Part shown: in pieces, positions 32,005 through 52,337 of the stretch | How the letters are laid out: each line of letters opens with the position of its first letter | How positions within the stretch are numbered: the first letter of the stretch is position 1 | Assembly (NCBI RefSeq): GCF_009914755.1 | Contig: NC_060942.1 | Origin: the human T2T-CHM13v2.0 reference genome, Homo sapiens | DNA: 64,000 nt | Direction: 5' to 3' (one strand) | Notes under the pieces: generated by a model | What the model was told of the DNA's origin: nothing | The model's input: only the letters and a program-made list of their open reading frames with translations | Databases searched by the model: none | Position numbers and translations under genes: made by a program

Positions 32005-32570
32005 TACTCTTGGAGAAAATGTAACTTAGTACAGCCATTATGGAAATCTATATGAAGGATCCTCAAGAAAACAAAAATAGAACTACCATATTATCTAGTC
32101 ACCCTACTGCTGAGATATACCAAAAATATTTGAAATCAGTTTGTGAAGAGATTTCTGCACTGCCATGTTCATTGCAGCATTATTCACAATAGTCAAGTTA
32201 TGAAATAAACATAAATGAATACTATTCAGTCATAAAAAGAACACAATCCTGTCATCTGAGACAACACAGATGAACCTGGAGGGCTTTATGCTGAGTGACA
32301 TATGCCAGACACAGAAAGACAATTAACTGAAAGTTCTTACATATATATGGAATCTGAAACAACAAAACTCATAGAAGCAAAGAGTAGAAGGGTGGTTACA
32401 GAGGCTAGGGGATGAGGGGAAGAGGGAGATGATGGCCAAAGGGTACGAAATCTCAGACAGAAAGAATATTTTATATTTTGAGCTCTATTGCACAGCATGG
32501 TGAATATAGGTAATAATAGAATGTTGTACATTTCAAAATGTTCACGAGAGTAAATTTCAAAGGGTGATGA
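32005..32570 (+). mobile_element. L1MA (late MA-type) 3' fragment
   Basis: acagccattatggaaa...aaaaatagaactaccata...gatgaacctggagggctttatgctgagtga...ctattgcacagcatggtgaatatag. Confidence 0.8.
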
Positions 32571-33339
32571 ATCAATTTTAAATTATAACATCAATATATT
32601 ACAACACACTAGAAATTACATCACATGCAACAAGTTAAAATTAGGATGAAACATTTTATACATCAACTTGAAATACATAAAGGAGTTAATTTTAAAAAAT
32701 TATTTTGAGAAGTTTACTAGTCAGAAAGGTAAGCTCATTCTTCAGTAATAAACACCAATGACTTGACTTGACCCTCTCTCCCAGTGTTTTTTTTTTTGCA
32801 CATACAGAGTCTTTTATAATATGCACGAGTGAAGGAGAGGATGAACATGAGAAGACTCTGCTTGACATTGTTCCCTGGGGACTCAGCTTGACATTACTAC
32901 CTTTACCACCCATACAGTCATCGGCCTCTTTAGGAGAAGAATGAGGGCTCTGGAGAGTTATCCAGCGTCTTTTCACTGCTGTCATCTGGAAAGGCAGACG
33001 TCGCTTTCCATCTCAGTTCATTGGCAAGAATGCAAGCATCATGGGAAGTGTAGTCCTCCATCTTCCCCGGAGGGAAAGAGAATTTTAGTGTTAGTAATAT
33101 CTACCAGTAAAGTGTGTCACAGGATATATGTGAATGATGAAGTATGAAACCATTGACTTTCCAACAGTTTGTAAAAGTGGGTGCAGAGGTGCAGATGGAG
33201 ATAAGAAAATATCCAAGACTCCTGGCTTCTCTGTGGGCTTGTGACATCTGCTTTCCACCTCAGCTAAGATCTGGAACCTCTCTGATGCTACCTTGAATTT
33301 TAGGCAGACCAATTGTCCTTTAAGAAATTTGTGTTTGAA

Positions 33340-33680
33340 ATCTTAGAACTGGTAAATAGGCCACCTGACATGGCCAAAGGGACTTTGCAGACGTAATGAA
33401 GTTAAGGACCTTGAGATAAGAAGGTTATCCTGGATTATACTTGGGGTGCGTGTGTGGGACAATGTCATCATAAAGTTTCTTATAGGAGTAAGGGGAAGGC
33501 AGGAGATTAAAAGATGAGATGACATTCACAGAGGAGGGAATGATGTCATCACTTGGTTTGAAGCTGGAGGAAGGGACCAGAAGCCAAGGAATGTGGGAAG
33601 CCTCTAGAAGCTGAAAAAGGCAAGGAAATTAATTTTCCCTCAGAGCTTCCAGAAGGAACCATCTCTGCTGACATTTTAGC
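33340..33680 (+). mobile_element. MLT1D/C-like LTR fragment
   Basis: catggccaaagggactttgcagacgtaatgaagttaaggaccttgagat and agccaaggaatgtgggaagcctctagaagctgaaaaaggcaaggaaa. Confidence 0.8.
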
Positions 33681-34159
33681 AACAATTTTAAGTTACTAGT
33701 TATTCTAAACAATTATTTGTAACTTGTCACTTTTAGTAAATCCTTTTGCACATGTTTTGTAGACACCCAAATCTTAACAATTCCTCAGCTCTTCTGTCTC
33801 TCTCAAATGACTTAATGATTATTAAAAATCCCAATTGTAGCTCTTTAGATACTTTATACATTATTTCCTTATATATTTTATATTTAATGTTCCTTCATTT
33901 GAAATATTTTTTACTGGTTTGTGTGCAAGCTTATTGAATGCAGAGGTCAGGACCTATTTATATATTTTGTTTATTTTATACAATGACTTGCATAGAGATT
34001 GGCATATGGTGGAGCATCAATATAAATTTCCTGATTAATTCTACATGTCAGTCTCATTTCATATATTTTTAGATGTGCCATTTAGAATGGAGTTGCCCAA
34101 GTCTATTCTCCCATCAATGGTGTCTGGCCCTCTTTGGATCTAGCCTTCTGTTTCTCTCA

Positions 34160-38710
<4,551 letters not shown>

Positions 38711-39965
38711 CTCAATAATCTTTTCTCCACAGTGGCTTCTCATACTGTTTAGGTTAGTTTTCAGAATCTGTTAGACTCTTTTTCTTTTTGCAGCCTCTTA
38801 AGGGCTGGATTAAGGGGGCATAACCCTCAGATTGTTTTACTCTCATCTCAGCAGAAACTGCCTATTTATATTTTCAGCACATACAACTTCTCAAGAGAGT
38901 AAATACACATTTGCTTGCTAGTTCTCAATGTTTTGCACAAAGCTCTTCTTAGGGTTGATTTCATTTATTATCAATGAAGTTTTCCTCTTATACCCTTTTG
39001 TTTTGTTAATAATTTATACCAGTATTAGAAATGCTTATGTCTTCTATAATTTGATTTCCCTTAGGTTTTATCTAGTTATAAATTTAGTCAACAAAATCTA
39101 TCTCTAGTTTCCAAATAAAGGAGTCCATGGTAATTTTATCAGTTCCTTTCTCACCTTGCCCTTTGTTATAATGTGTGATCGTTTAAGAGCATGGCTACAT
39201 AAAGTCTACTAAAATCTATCTTTCCCAGATATTCCTAACTTAAAAAGGAAACAGGCAAAAGTACATAATACAAATTGATGCAAAAGGATTCAAGTGTGAT
39301 AAAAATATCTTTTTGCCTAGGCAAATTAGAGGACATCAAAATAATTTGTGTTCATATTATTTTATATATGAAAAATTTTATGATTAGGTGAAATAAAAGA
39401 ATCTCAAGAATTCCTCCCAGACTGTTTAGTGGTAATTGTTATGTTTAAATAATATTAATTTACTTTAATTGCAATTAAACACAGTTAAAATCAACTTAAC
39501 TTTATATTTCTTGTATACATTAAAGAGTCGATTCCTACATTTATAATTATATTTTTTATAATAGGTATGCTATTATATTTCATATTTTTAAGTCAGTATA
39601 TGTTCTAAATAATTATTTGTTTCCAACAATCATTTTTTATTGAATGTTTTGCATGTCTCATTCAAACCTTACCAGTCCTTCAAGGCCCATATTAAGTGCC
39701 AGCTTCTCCATAAAATGACTTTAACTGATGTTAACAATAGTAGTAGTTGTATCTCTGTAGGTAGCTTATGAATTATTTGCTGACAGATTTTATATTTGAT
39801 GTTTCATTTATTAAAGTATTTGTTTTTGGAGTTCAAGCTCATTAAATACAGAGATCAGGATATATATATATAATTTGCATATATAGTGCCTAATATAGAA
39901 GCACTGCATATGCCTTGCATAGAGACGGGCATATGGTGGAACATAAATACGAATTTTTTAATTAA

Positions 39966-40670
<705 letters not shown>

Positions 40671-42615
40671 AAAAAATAATTTGCAGATATTTACATTTCT
40701 TAAAATACGAGTACAAAAAATAATTACTGAGTAGAGTTTTGCACCCAATCTGACATCTGTTTGTCAGTCAAGAAATGTTTATTGAATATACACAATAGAG
40801 ACAAGAATGTTATAAATCATTTTAGAATTTTCAATCATAATTTTTTTGGCATGATATGTTTTCCCATGAGAATAAATGACATGTCTCTTTTGTCATTAGA
40901 TAGCCCTGATACATGAGACTGAGGTATCATTTTATTGAGATAGAAATGTTTTATCATTTTTCTTTTTGTTGAGAACATGATTTTTCTTTCCTACCTTGAA
41001 ATGACATCTCAGGGAATGATTGACAGGATGATAGAAGTAGTTAAGTGGTGACATTTTTAGTTTGAATTGAAAGAGTAATTCTCTAAGCTCAAGATAATTG
41101 TGTAGAACTGTTTTTATACAAATGCTAGTAATTTTATGGCTATGTTGGTACAGTTTCAGATAAAAATTACAAACCTGAAATACTGTGTAACAGCATCAAG
41201 ATTACAGGCATTTAAAAAATAATTTGCAGATATTTAAATTTCTTAAAATTTGAGTACAAAAAATAATTACTGAGTAGCAGTTTACACCCAATCTGATATG
41301 TTTGTCAGTCAAGAAATGTTTATTGAATATACACAATAGAGACAAGAATGTTAAAATAGAATTTTCAATCATAATTTTTTGGCATGATGTGTTTTCCCAT
41401 GAGAATAAATGACATGTCTCTTCTGTCATTAGATAGCCCTGATACATGGGACTGGGATATGATTTTATTGAGATAGAAATGTTTTATTATTTTTCTTTTT
41501 GTTGAGAACATGATTTTTCATTCCTACCTTGAAATGACATCTCAGGATATGATTGACAGGATGATAGAAGTAGTTAAGTGGTGACATTTTTAGTTTGAAT
41601 TGAAAGAGTAATTCTCTAAGCTCAAGATAATTGTGTAGAACAGTTTTTATACAAACGCTAGTAATTTTGTGGCTATGTCGGTACAGTATATAAGACAAAA
41701 TTGAATTGAATATGAAAAGTATCATTAGCATCGCATGAGTCACACATATCATCAAAATGCCACTTAAAAATAAATGCAAAGGTATGCAGAGTGACAGATT
41801 GGCACAGACCAATCAGCAGCACACTGCAGAAACAGAGGGAAAATGCAGTCTTGCAAAAAAGTTATTATTCCTGAGAAGAACAGTTTTTAATTCAGAATGG
41901 CTATAATAGTGCTTGATTGTCTTAATTTTATTATTAACAAGATTGATTGTAGAAGAGTTACAGCATTGTCAAAATGTCTGTAAGCAAAATAGTAAAGTAT
42001 TTTTTATTATCAACATAACACAAAACAGAACCAGTGAAAAACAGAGGCCAGAAACAACAGGCTGCAGTATCTTGGCTTCTTTTATGGGTAAGAGAAGAAA
42101 CAGCAGTGATTTGTGCACAATTTTAATTGTACTCAGCAAATGTTTGACCACAGGTTTTATAAAATAAGGTAAGTGCATAAGGAATACAGTAAAGGTGCAT
42201 ATGACCACTCCAGGGAGACAGAGGGGGAGATAGCAAACAGAAGTGCTCAGATTTGAGCTCTAGAGAATTGGTTTCAGCATTTGTGCTGTTTCCCAAAGAG
42301 CTGGTTTGACTCCTGGCCAGACACTCAATGATATGTGCCATTGGGTAAATTATTTAACAGTTCTGTCTTTTGGCTTTAGAATATTTGAAAAATTAAAAAT
42401 AATTAAAAATTTTTAATAATATAACCATTCTGTATCACCACAGAAGATACAGCAAACTTCAGAAATAGAAAGTTAGCTTACACATAAAGAGTAAATGTTT
42501 TCTTAATATAAATAATGTTGCCTGTAGAATTCTTAGAATCAACTATGTGTGATAATAAGGCTGACAGAGACTAAATGAAACACTGATATGGAACTGCTAT
42601 TTGGGAATCTAACTT

Positions 42616-42978
42616 TGTATTAGTCCGTCGTTTTCATGCTGCTGATAAGGACATACCTGAGACTGGGCAATTTACAAAAGAAAGAGGTTTAATTGGACTT
42701 ACAGTTCCACCTGGCTGGGGAAGTCTCACAATCATGGTGGAAGGCAAGGAAGAGCTAGTCACATCTTACATGGATGGCAGCAGGCAAAGAGAGAGAGAGC
42801 TTGTGCAAGGGAACTCGTCTTTTAAAAACCACCAGATCTTGTGAGACTTATTCACTATCACGTGAACAGCATAGGAAAGACTTGGCCCCGTGATTCAGTT
42901 ACCTCCCACTGGGTCCCTCCCACAACACGTGGGAATTCAAGATGAGATTTGGGGGGGGGACACAACCAAGCCACATCA
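42616..42978 (-). mobile_element. THE1 (C-like) solo LTR
   Basis: tgtattagtccg...catgctgctgataaggacatacctgagactggg...cacaaccaagccacatca; 5-bp TSD aactt/cactt. Confidence 0.93.
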
Positions 42979-43243
42979 CACTTAGATTTGAGTCACAGCA
43001 TCTCCAAATTCTCCTTTGATAAGTCACCCAGAGCCATGCTTTCAATTACATGATTCTTGGTTTCTTCTGATGTAAAATGGGAATGCAATAATGAGTATTT
43101 CATAGAGCTTTTGAGGAAAAAATGCAGATAATTTATTAATGTTTTCAGCACAGCACATGACATGGTAAATGCTCAGTGATTATTAGCTATTCCTATCATG
43201 ATATCTTAATTAGGCACATTAATTAGAATTTTATGCAAGATAA

Positions 43244-43420
43244 CTGCTTCCCAGAGAAACTTCTGTGATGATGAAAATGCATTGGCCAATATGTAGCCAA
43301 TGAACACATGTGCATATTGAGATCGAGATGTGGCCAGTGTATCTAATGAAATGGTTTTTATTTAATTAATTTAAATTTAAACAGCTTTGTTGAGCTAGTG
43401 GCTATGTTATCAGACACTGC
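43244..43420. mobile_element. MER3-like hAT-Charlie MITE between MIR remnants
   Basis: agaaacttctgtgatgatgaaaatg...ccaatatgtagcca...atgtggccagtg...ttaattaatttaaattta...gctagtggcta. Confidence 0.7.
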
Positions 43421-46400
43421 ATTTCTGGACGCTTTCCTCATTCTACACTCTGTAAGTGGTCCCACCTACATTTACTGCCTGCATGATCACCTGTATCCAG
43501 GTATCCCCCAAGTCTCCATCTCGCCACAACGTAGCACCTAATATTAATGGGACGTGTTTTGGGTGCCAGCCATCATTCTACGTGCACTGCACGCAATATC
43601 TTATTCCAGCCCTCTGCATCTCTGTGACATAAGTACAATTATTCTAGTTATCTTGCAGATGAGAAAAAACGAGAAGCAGGCGATTTGTGTTTAAATGAGA
43701 AGTTAAGATAAGCTTCATGGCTGCTGTGATGATCCTGGCACAGGAGCCCATGTTAAATGCTTTGCCTGAGGGCGTGGCTGCTTCCCACAAAGTAGGACTG
43801 GAGTGCACTCAGATTCCAGCTCACCTCCCAATTCTGATTTCCATTATGCCATATTGTAGAACAGAAGCCTGCTGTATCAGCAAAAATGCAAAAAAAAACA
43901 AAAAACAAAAAAGCTTTCAGATTTACTGAGGAAATGGGGTGGATGTGGGAAGAAAGATGCCAAAGAAAGAAGTCAAGTTTGTTCAGGTGAGTGCTGGTGA
44001 AAGAAATTATATGGGATCAATTCTGAATTTGTTAAGGGAAAAGTCTCTCTCTTTGACTCTGTGTGTGTTTGTGTGTATGTATAGGCATATATATAAATAA
44101 AATGACCTTTAATAGTATACCTATACATATGTGCGTGAATGCATACACACATGTATACACATACGTATACCCACACTATGCAGAAATAATTTAAAATAAC
44201 TATAAAATGGAATTTTTCAATATGAACTTTAATGAATCCAATTATACATCAGCCTTTTATAAATTGTCTAGAGTGTGAGTCTATAGATCTTTAAAAACTC
44301 CTTCTGGTTCTCTCTGACTGTGGTATGTCAGACAGTAATTTGACTTTCATTTGCATAGCTTGAAGAACATATTGGAAAAAAAAAATGAGACACCAGAGAG
44401 AAAAGGCAACAGAATGTTGCTGTTTCCTTTGTTCCTCTTTAGAAAATCAAATATCTCTTGAAGCTATTAAAAAGAACACAAAAAGGTCATTTCCCAGACA
44501 CTATGAGAGGAATGTATTTAATCTCAAAAACATTCAGAGAATATAACTTTTTCTAAGATCCTATACATCTTTTTCTAACCCTAGAGCACTTTTGTGCTCA
44601 CTGGTAAGAAATTAAATGCAATTTTTAAAATCGGACAATTTTTCCAGTTGACTTGAGATAAGATTATAGTTATCTGAAATACACAAAGAAGCAACTTAAT
44701 GGGCTTGATTTATCAACAGGAAAACACTGGCTTTCTTTTTGGTTAAATATTTGACTTATTTTAATATCACTTCCAAATGTCATCAGATCTCTTAATTAAT
44801 GATTTAATTTAGAGATATTCCATTGTTAATATCAGTAAACGTCAAGGTAGAAATTTGGTAACTCTGCCTAGAACTATCTCTACAGAAAAAGAAAATATTA
44901 ACATTTGGGAGAAGAAAACATACTTTGCCACTACAGAATAATTAGAGTTCACTGTTGTTTATACGATTTTACAAACCCATTTAGAATGCCTACATGCTTT
45001 ACAAAATATTGTCATATTTTATATTTTCACAACCATTTTAGCCAAAATAAGCAGTGACCTTTACTATCTCTGAATAAGTTGTGGCTCTAGTTTCTAGATG
45101 TCTAAACCTAATCAGCTTCACCTCACAGCCTGGATTGAATGCTGATCCCCAGGGAGCATGATTCATGCACAAAGCTAACAGCTTCTGGAATTGGGGTTAC
45201 CTGACTCACCAACTCTTGTTCATTATTTGGGAGCACTCCCAATAAAACTCAGAAAATATGTTGTTCTCATACGTTAAAATTTTAAAGATGCATAGAATTA
45301 GATTGTCCTCCTGCCTCATCCCTCTCCCTTCTCCAGTGTTGCTAATTTTACATTCCCCCTTGTTTAAAGTAAGCTCACTAATGTAATGCATAACATTTCT
45401 TTCAGGAACTCTTACCCTTCACCACATAAACCAATTTCAGGGAGCCGACCCTCCATGTGCATTCAAACCAGCCCAGTCTCCATCACTGCCCTTACCACAG
45501 GATGATAAAAATCTTCTTGTGTATCTACATCTCACACTAAGGCTTGAAGATTTTTAATGGCAGAAGCTGAATGTCACTCATCTTCCAATAACCTATAGCT
45601 AAAAGCTAACTTGACACTTAGTACCTAGTTAATTAAATACTGCTTGGAAAAAAATGAGTAAGTTGAAAGAATGAGGGAAAGAATGCCTGAATAAATGTAA
45701 ATTTGGCTAGCATAAAGACTAATGTAACTTCAGCTTTGTGACGGAAAATTGAAACAAAATATTGCTTAATCTCTCTTCTACCAAGAGTTTTAGTTCCTTC
45801 TGACAATCAGAGATAGTTAAGAAAATAAAGTGCATTTATGCTTTCAGCTTTGCATTTAGGAAATCTGTATTACTCCATTAAAAAATTTTTTTTAATTCCT
45901 TTAGCTCTTCTCCTTTCCTCCGTCAAAGATGACAATTGCTGGTGCTTCTCAAATCATGGGCCATCAAATAACATCTTATTGCCTAATAAAATGTATGTGT
46001 TGTGGGCACAACTATAATGTTCGAGCATCAGAAAATGAACCACAGGTACTGGAAGTGGGAATCTGAGGACCAAGAGTAAGAAAATCATAAGGAGGTGGCT
46101 GATTGAAGAGTGACAGCAAAAGGGAATAAGAGATCAGAGAAGGAATACTGCTTCCTGCCTGAAGAGCAGTAAAAATGGAGCAAACACCTCTCCTTGAACC
46201 TTTCCCTCTTTACTTTGCTCATGATACATGAGATGCAGATAAAGAGAGCGTGAGAATTCTCTGACTTTAACATTTTACTTTTATGTGCCCTCCAATCCAA
46301 TAATCATGCTTTTGTGGAATGAGCTCAATTTTAACAAAATATATTAATATATAGGCTCACATCATACCACAGAATACATTTCTGCTAAATTAAAGAGCTA

Positions 46401-46747
46401 CCTATAAAAGAATAATATTTTTAAAGATGCAAATTAAGGCATCTTTTCTCTGAAGATGGGAAATGATCTTCTAAGCATAAATCCATGTAAGAAGTCTTAA
46501 ATAGATTTGACCACTTTGAACTTTTTAATGTCAAAACTAATTATTAAAAATTTATAAGGAAACAAATTGGAAAAACAATTTATACAAGTATGACAGACAA
46601 ATTTTTACAAATAGAGGTCATAAACCAATAAGGAAAGGAATTTTATCACCTGCCTGCTAGTTTCTCCAGCCTAAACCCCAGGAGTCACCCTTGATCTTTC
46701 CTATCAGGCTGCCACAACCAATGAATACAGAGGCTCTTTTTAACTTT

Positions 46748-46826
46748 GTTTATATATATATATATACATATGTATATATATACGTATATATATGTATATA
46801 TATACGTATATATATACATATATATG
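46748..46826. repeat. (TA)n/(TATG/TACG) compound microsatellite
   Basis: Read directly; alternating purine-pyrimidine and nearly self-complementary. Confidence 0.92.
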
Positions 46827-49101
46827 TAAACAAACACATATTTTAACTTTGAAAAGAATCCTCCAGATGTACAAGTGACTTATCATTATTGATTCTGAGT
46901 ACACAAATGTATAGTTCACAATGCCAGATAAGGATCATGATACATAAAACATTACCATGAAATAATATCATATGAAATATAATCAAAATGAAAAATTTCT
47001 TTACTTAAAAATTGTTAGGTTTTATGTTAGTTATATTTTTTATAATCAATTGAACATTACAAATATAAATGTTTGTTACTTGAAAATCGAATACACTTTG
47101 TATTCAGTATTGCTTAGAAGAGAGGTGCCTATTTTGTAAGGAAGCAGTAGGTCCCCTGTCTGTTACTATTTCAAAAGGCATTTATAGAAAATGCCTATAA
47201 TTGTAAGACAATATTGTGAGGTATTATGATACTCTCTAAAATTATATATTTTGTGTTCTTTGTCAAGATATTTGTCTGATGTCCTCAATAACATTCCATT
47301 AAATCAGTTTTAAATATAAATTTTTAATATTATAAATAAAAATTTAGAACCTGTATTTTAAATTATGTTACAACTTTTCACAAATTTTAAGAGCACTTTC
47401 TTAAAAGAAATGCTACTTTGTCATAAGAAATTCCCTTTGTTACTTAAACTGAAAACCTCAAATAATGTTAGCTATGTTGTAAATGTTAATTTGTATAATA
47501 CATATCTTATTTAATTTTCTTTGATTATCTGAGAAATTACAAGGCAAAATATAAAAGATAAAATCAGCAACTTACCAACATTATAGTCATTACTAAATAA
47601 TATTTTAGAATGATGAATTCTTAAAAAAAAATTAAGTTCAAGAACTAAGCCTACCTATAACACCTAAATAGTTTATGAACAAGTTTTGCCAAATGTTCAA
47701 AGAACAGATTATTCACAACTTTTACAAAGTATTTCAGAGCAAACAATGGAAAAATACCATAATCATTTTCTCAGACCTAAATAACCATGGTATTCTGCCA
47801 GAAAATGATGGCAAAAGAAAGAAAACTACAATTCAATATCAGTAATAAGCACAGATGTACCATTCTCCAAAAATTTTACCAAATTGCATTGAAAATATAC
47901 TAAAATAAAAACCACAACACAATCAACCAGGATTTACCTCTGTAATCCAGAATAGTTCAAATTACATAACATAATAATATAATTTTCTATATTAATAAGT
48001 TAGAAAATACTATGCAAAGACAAAACAAACAAAACATTCAATATATTCATAACGTAATTATATAAATAATATACAAAATATACCTAAATATGATTTTTAG
48101 AAAATATGATAAAATAATAAATTTTAACATTGAATTAAAGAATAAAAGTTTATAAAAATTAAATAAGATATATCCACATATTAAACATACATAATAAAAT
48201 CTATGTGAATTAAATATGAATTCAATTATTGTTGTGTAGTAATAAATAGTAATATGAAAGGAAACAGATAAGAAACAGAGACTGAAATATATTGGAATTT
48301 AGTTTATGTTTCTAATAGTTTAGATCGCATTTCGTTGCATGCAGCAGAAAACCCAACAACACCAGCGCAAATAAATTGTGGTTAATAGTATTTCAGCATT
48401 GAAAACAGTGGTGTAGTGATGCTGTTAGAAATACAGACCTTTTCAGCTTTTTCTCCCACCCTCCTTCCATATGGAGCTTTGTCACATGGATTCAAGACAG
48501 TTGTTCCTCAAAACTCATTCATATTCTAAGCAGGAAGACCATGACTGAACCAAAGCCAAATGAGGGATGCTAAATGGATCCATAGATGAAACTTTTGAGG
48601 AAACCCCATTGAAATTCATTGGCAAGAACTGGATCACATGTCCACAGCAAGCTGCAAAGGAATCTGGGTAACTGAATGTCCACGCTTTCTGACAAATATA
48701 GAAAATGAAGAAAAGTCAGAAGGAAATCTTGGTTGGCTTTTGTGTAGACAACACATACTAATGTGGTGATTTGCATTCAAATCAATGGGGGATTAATAAA
48801 ACTAATGGTACTTGTATACTTGTTTATTAATATATAAATTTATAAATTTAGAGTCACTTAGCATCACATTAATATTCCAGATGGATTTAAAAGATAATAA
48901 CTCAAAATATTGAAGGGAAAATATCAACATTTTTATATAAATTTAAACTAAACAGAGCTTCTAAGAAAAAACACAAATCCAAAAAAAAAAAAACAAAGAA
49001 AAAGATGCAGTTTATTCCTTCAAATTTAAAATTGCTGTACAACATACTATTTATAAAGTTAAAAGTCAAATCAATTGGGAGAAATTATTAAATATTAATA
49101 T

Positions 49102-49532
49102 TGTTAAAGCAAACTAAATATGGCCTGAGAAGGAGTCTGTAATTCTGTATTTGAGTCTTTGTGGAGGAACCATAACCTAGCTTAATAGGTAGACGAGACT
49201 GAAAACCTAACTAGGAATATGCGCCTGTAACAATTGCTGAGTCTTGGCCAATCCTAGGAGCCACACTTCAACCACTCATACACTGCTGAGCATTCAAACT
49301 GTGTTCAAATAAAGCAAATGCCAAGCTGTAACCAATCCAGCTGTTTCTGTACCTCGCTTCTGATTTCTGTACCTCACTTTACTTTTTTTGTCTATAAATT
49401 TATTCTGACCACATGGCACCCCTGGAGTTTCTCTGAATCTGCTGTCATTCTGGGAGCAGCCTGAAACGCAAATCATTCATTGCTCAATTAAACCCCTTTA
49501 AAATTAATTCAGCTGAAGTTTTTCTTTTAACA
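49102..49532 (+). mobile_element. MER57 (A1/B1-like) ERV1 solo LTR
   Basis: TG...CA termini, tgttaaagcaaactaaatatggcctgagaagga start, two CCAAT boxes, tataaa, attaaa, end ctgaagtttttcttttaaca; 4-bp TSD atat/atac. Confidence 0.88.
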
Positions 49533-50029
49533 ATACCCAATAATTCATATGCAGAATATGTTTAAATCCTATATCTCTTTATAAAAAACAATGCAGTAAA
49601 AGAAATAGACAAGAGACGTGAATAATTGACTCACCAACACAAGGCTGAAAAACCTAAGAAAAGATGCTCAATCTCAGTAATAATCACTAAAATGGAAAGT
49701 AAATAATGACATACGATGTTTCTCAACCACCAGATTAAAAATATATGAAATTTGATGATGTGAATTTGTCGTGAAGATGTGATAAATGCTAAGGAATTTT
49801 TTAAATGTTACAGATCTTTTAGTGAACTTTTTTTTATAACTTTTTAAAAATGTAAGTTCCCCCCTACAATATTACTCACACATCACCCACAGATCCAAAA
49901 ATTGCAAATCTGCATTTATGTGGAATAAAAGTACACAGATATAAAAGATTTTTATAATGATGTTGATGTGCATTGCGTGATTTTTTGAAGCAGAAAAATA
50001 GTGAGTTACCTAATTCTTTACCAAGGAAG

Positions 50030-50032
<3 letters not shown>

Positions 50033-50077
<45 letters not shown>
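50033..50077. repeat. Pure (TA)22 microsatellite
   Basis: Read directly. Confidence 0.97.
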
Positions 50078-50079
<2 letters not shown>

Positions 50080-52337
50080 TGAGATTCTACACTCAGAAAT
50101 AGGAAAGATATCTTTAACATGTTGTTTGTTAAGGGAAAAAAAAGCAAGAATACAATATCATTTACATTTAAAGCTAAGACATAGGCTGCATTAGATAAAT
50201 AGATGAACATACATATGTATACATGTATATGCATACATGGTTGAAAGTTTGGAAGGCTGTAATTCAACATGATAGTGGTGGCTCATTCCAGGAAGAAGAT
50301 TGAGATTGGAAGTTTGGAGATCATCTTGATCAGTGAATTTTTTTCAATGAAAATATAGCCACTCTACTGCATTAAAGAGTATAGTTAGAAAGAATGTAAA
50401 AGAAGTTGACACAAACGAAAATAATTTTTAAGAGAGTATTTCTCTCTGGTACTTTAACAGTGACAAAGTGAAAGATGAATGCTGATTTACAAGGTACATT
50501 CTCACATTTTGAGACAGCCACCACAGCGGAGCTCTGCAATTAAAGTCCTGACACATGAACAGAAAGGCAAACATCCTGAAGATATTAAACAAGGATGACT
50601 TTGTTGTTAAAATCAAACCACATCAGATACTAGAATGGCAAAGATATTTCTACTAGTATATAAAAAAATGAGACTTTTTCACATTATAAATGCTCATATG
50701 CTGTGAGAATCAAACACAAACAAAGGCCAACAACTTGCATCAAGAACCTGCAGAATTAAGGCTGTTATAGAAATGAGGGCACAGTACCAAATCTGTTGTA
50801 ACATATGTTTTACTGAACGACACAGAGGCACTGAAATCACAGCATTGACAAAGAGCAACTTCAGTCGGTTTATCCTAATGCATCTAGGAGGAAAAAAAAA
50901 ATCATGTGCTAAGTTTTCCTAGAATCGTTAAAAGAATGAATTTGTTAAAATCCTGTTAAACTCCACTAGAAATTTTGAATACAGGAATAGTAAGGAAAAT
51001 GCATAACTGCCAGGACTGAATAAATTTAAATATTTCAGTGTACATGTTAACAAAGCAAAAATTTGTAGCATTTCCTGAATTACTTTAAGTCAATAATAGG
51101 TTAATTTTTCAAATTAATTCATAACACAGATAAAATGAGGACATATATTCAAGTAAATAAAACTGCTTGGAATGACAGAACAGGTTATAAAATTATGGAA
51201 AATTTGAAGAGAAGTGATTTTAACAAATGTTTAAAGTTTATGCTTTAAGGCAAGATTGAACCAGGCCCCAGATCCCTTCAGAACAATGTTGTTTCACTTG
51301 AGTTGAGATCATTTAACACTTGTTTGGCATTTGATTACGTTTTGTTGATTGATTGGAGTCTAAACATTGACTCTATTTCTCCCACCTTGTTAGCTGTAAT
51401 CTACTCAAATAAGTTATTTAGAGAAGAAACCCTCAAAGGTTGTAAGCATAGGAAAAGCTGTATCACAATTTAATGTTCCACAAGAGTTTCCGAATACGTC
51501 TCGTGGCTCTGAAGTACAGGTGGACTGGGGATTCCACAATGATACTGAGCAACTTGACTGTAGCTGATGCCCCTGCTAGACCAATCATTCTCAAAGTTAA
51601 CTTCCATCCTCATACCTTTTACATTTGCCTTTAGTAGAAGCATTCTATGTATGACATTTGAACATGAGACACAAAAAGACATATTCCATATTTTACGTAA
51701 TCTGCTCTGTCATTCTCAAGAGAAGGTTGCTTTTCCAGCACATTTTGGCCAAACATCTTGAAACTCCAATTGCATGCTTAACTCCTCTAGGGAGTAGATG
51801 GGAGATTCAGAATGCCCTCCAATCATGACAATATTATAGCTGTCTCATAATTTCACATAAGATAATTATGTATTTCATGGAAGTTTTAAATCTGTGGACA
51901 GCTTATTCACCAGTAGTTTCTTGAAGAATCATCAAACAACAGCTCCAAGATGTATAGCCTAGAGAGTGACTAAACATTTCCTATGGAGCTAAATGTTTGC
52001 TCTTTGATGCAGGAGTTGGTATTTTTTGGCTACCTATAAGGTGGAACTAGAACTTATTTCCAACCTGAGCATTGATATAATTTCCCTCAGTATACCTTGG
52101 CATTATATCCTCAAGAGATCATTCCATAGGGCTCTACTGGTAGACCAGAAGGCCAAAGTGTCCATCTCAATGTTAATTTATACTAAATTCATAGACTCTG
52201 TTTTTCCTTCATTCTCCTTTCTAGAACTTTTCAGTTGCCAAGCTCAAAATAAGAGAAACATGCTAGGAAAAATACAGCCACTCTTTTAGAAGAATACGCT
52301 ATGAAGCCAACAATAGTTGGAGAATAAACTAACCATT

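Larger units (their letters stand above)
47630..50345 (+). mobile_element. Highly decayed L1ME-type ORF2/3' UTR remnants with younger LTR insertions
   Basis: aaagaaaactacaattcaatatc...acagatgtac, gaaaagatgctcaatctcagtaataatc and other ORF2-like traces. Boundaries are uncertain. Confidence 0.5.
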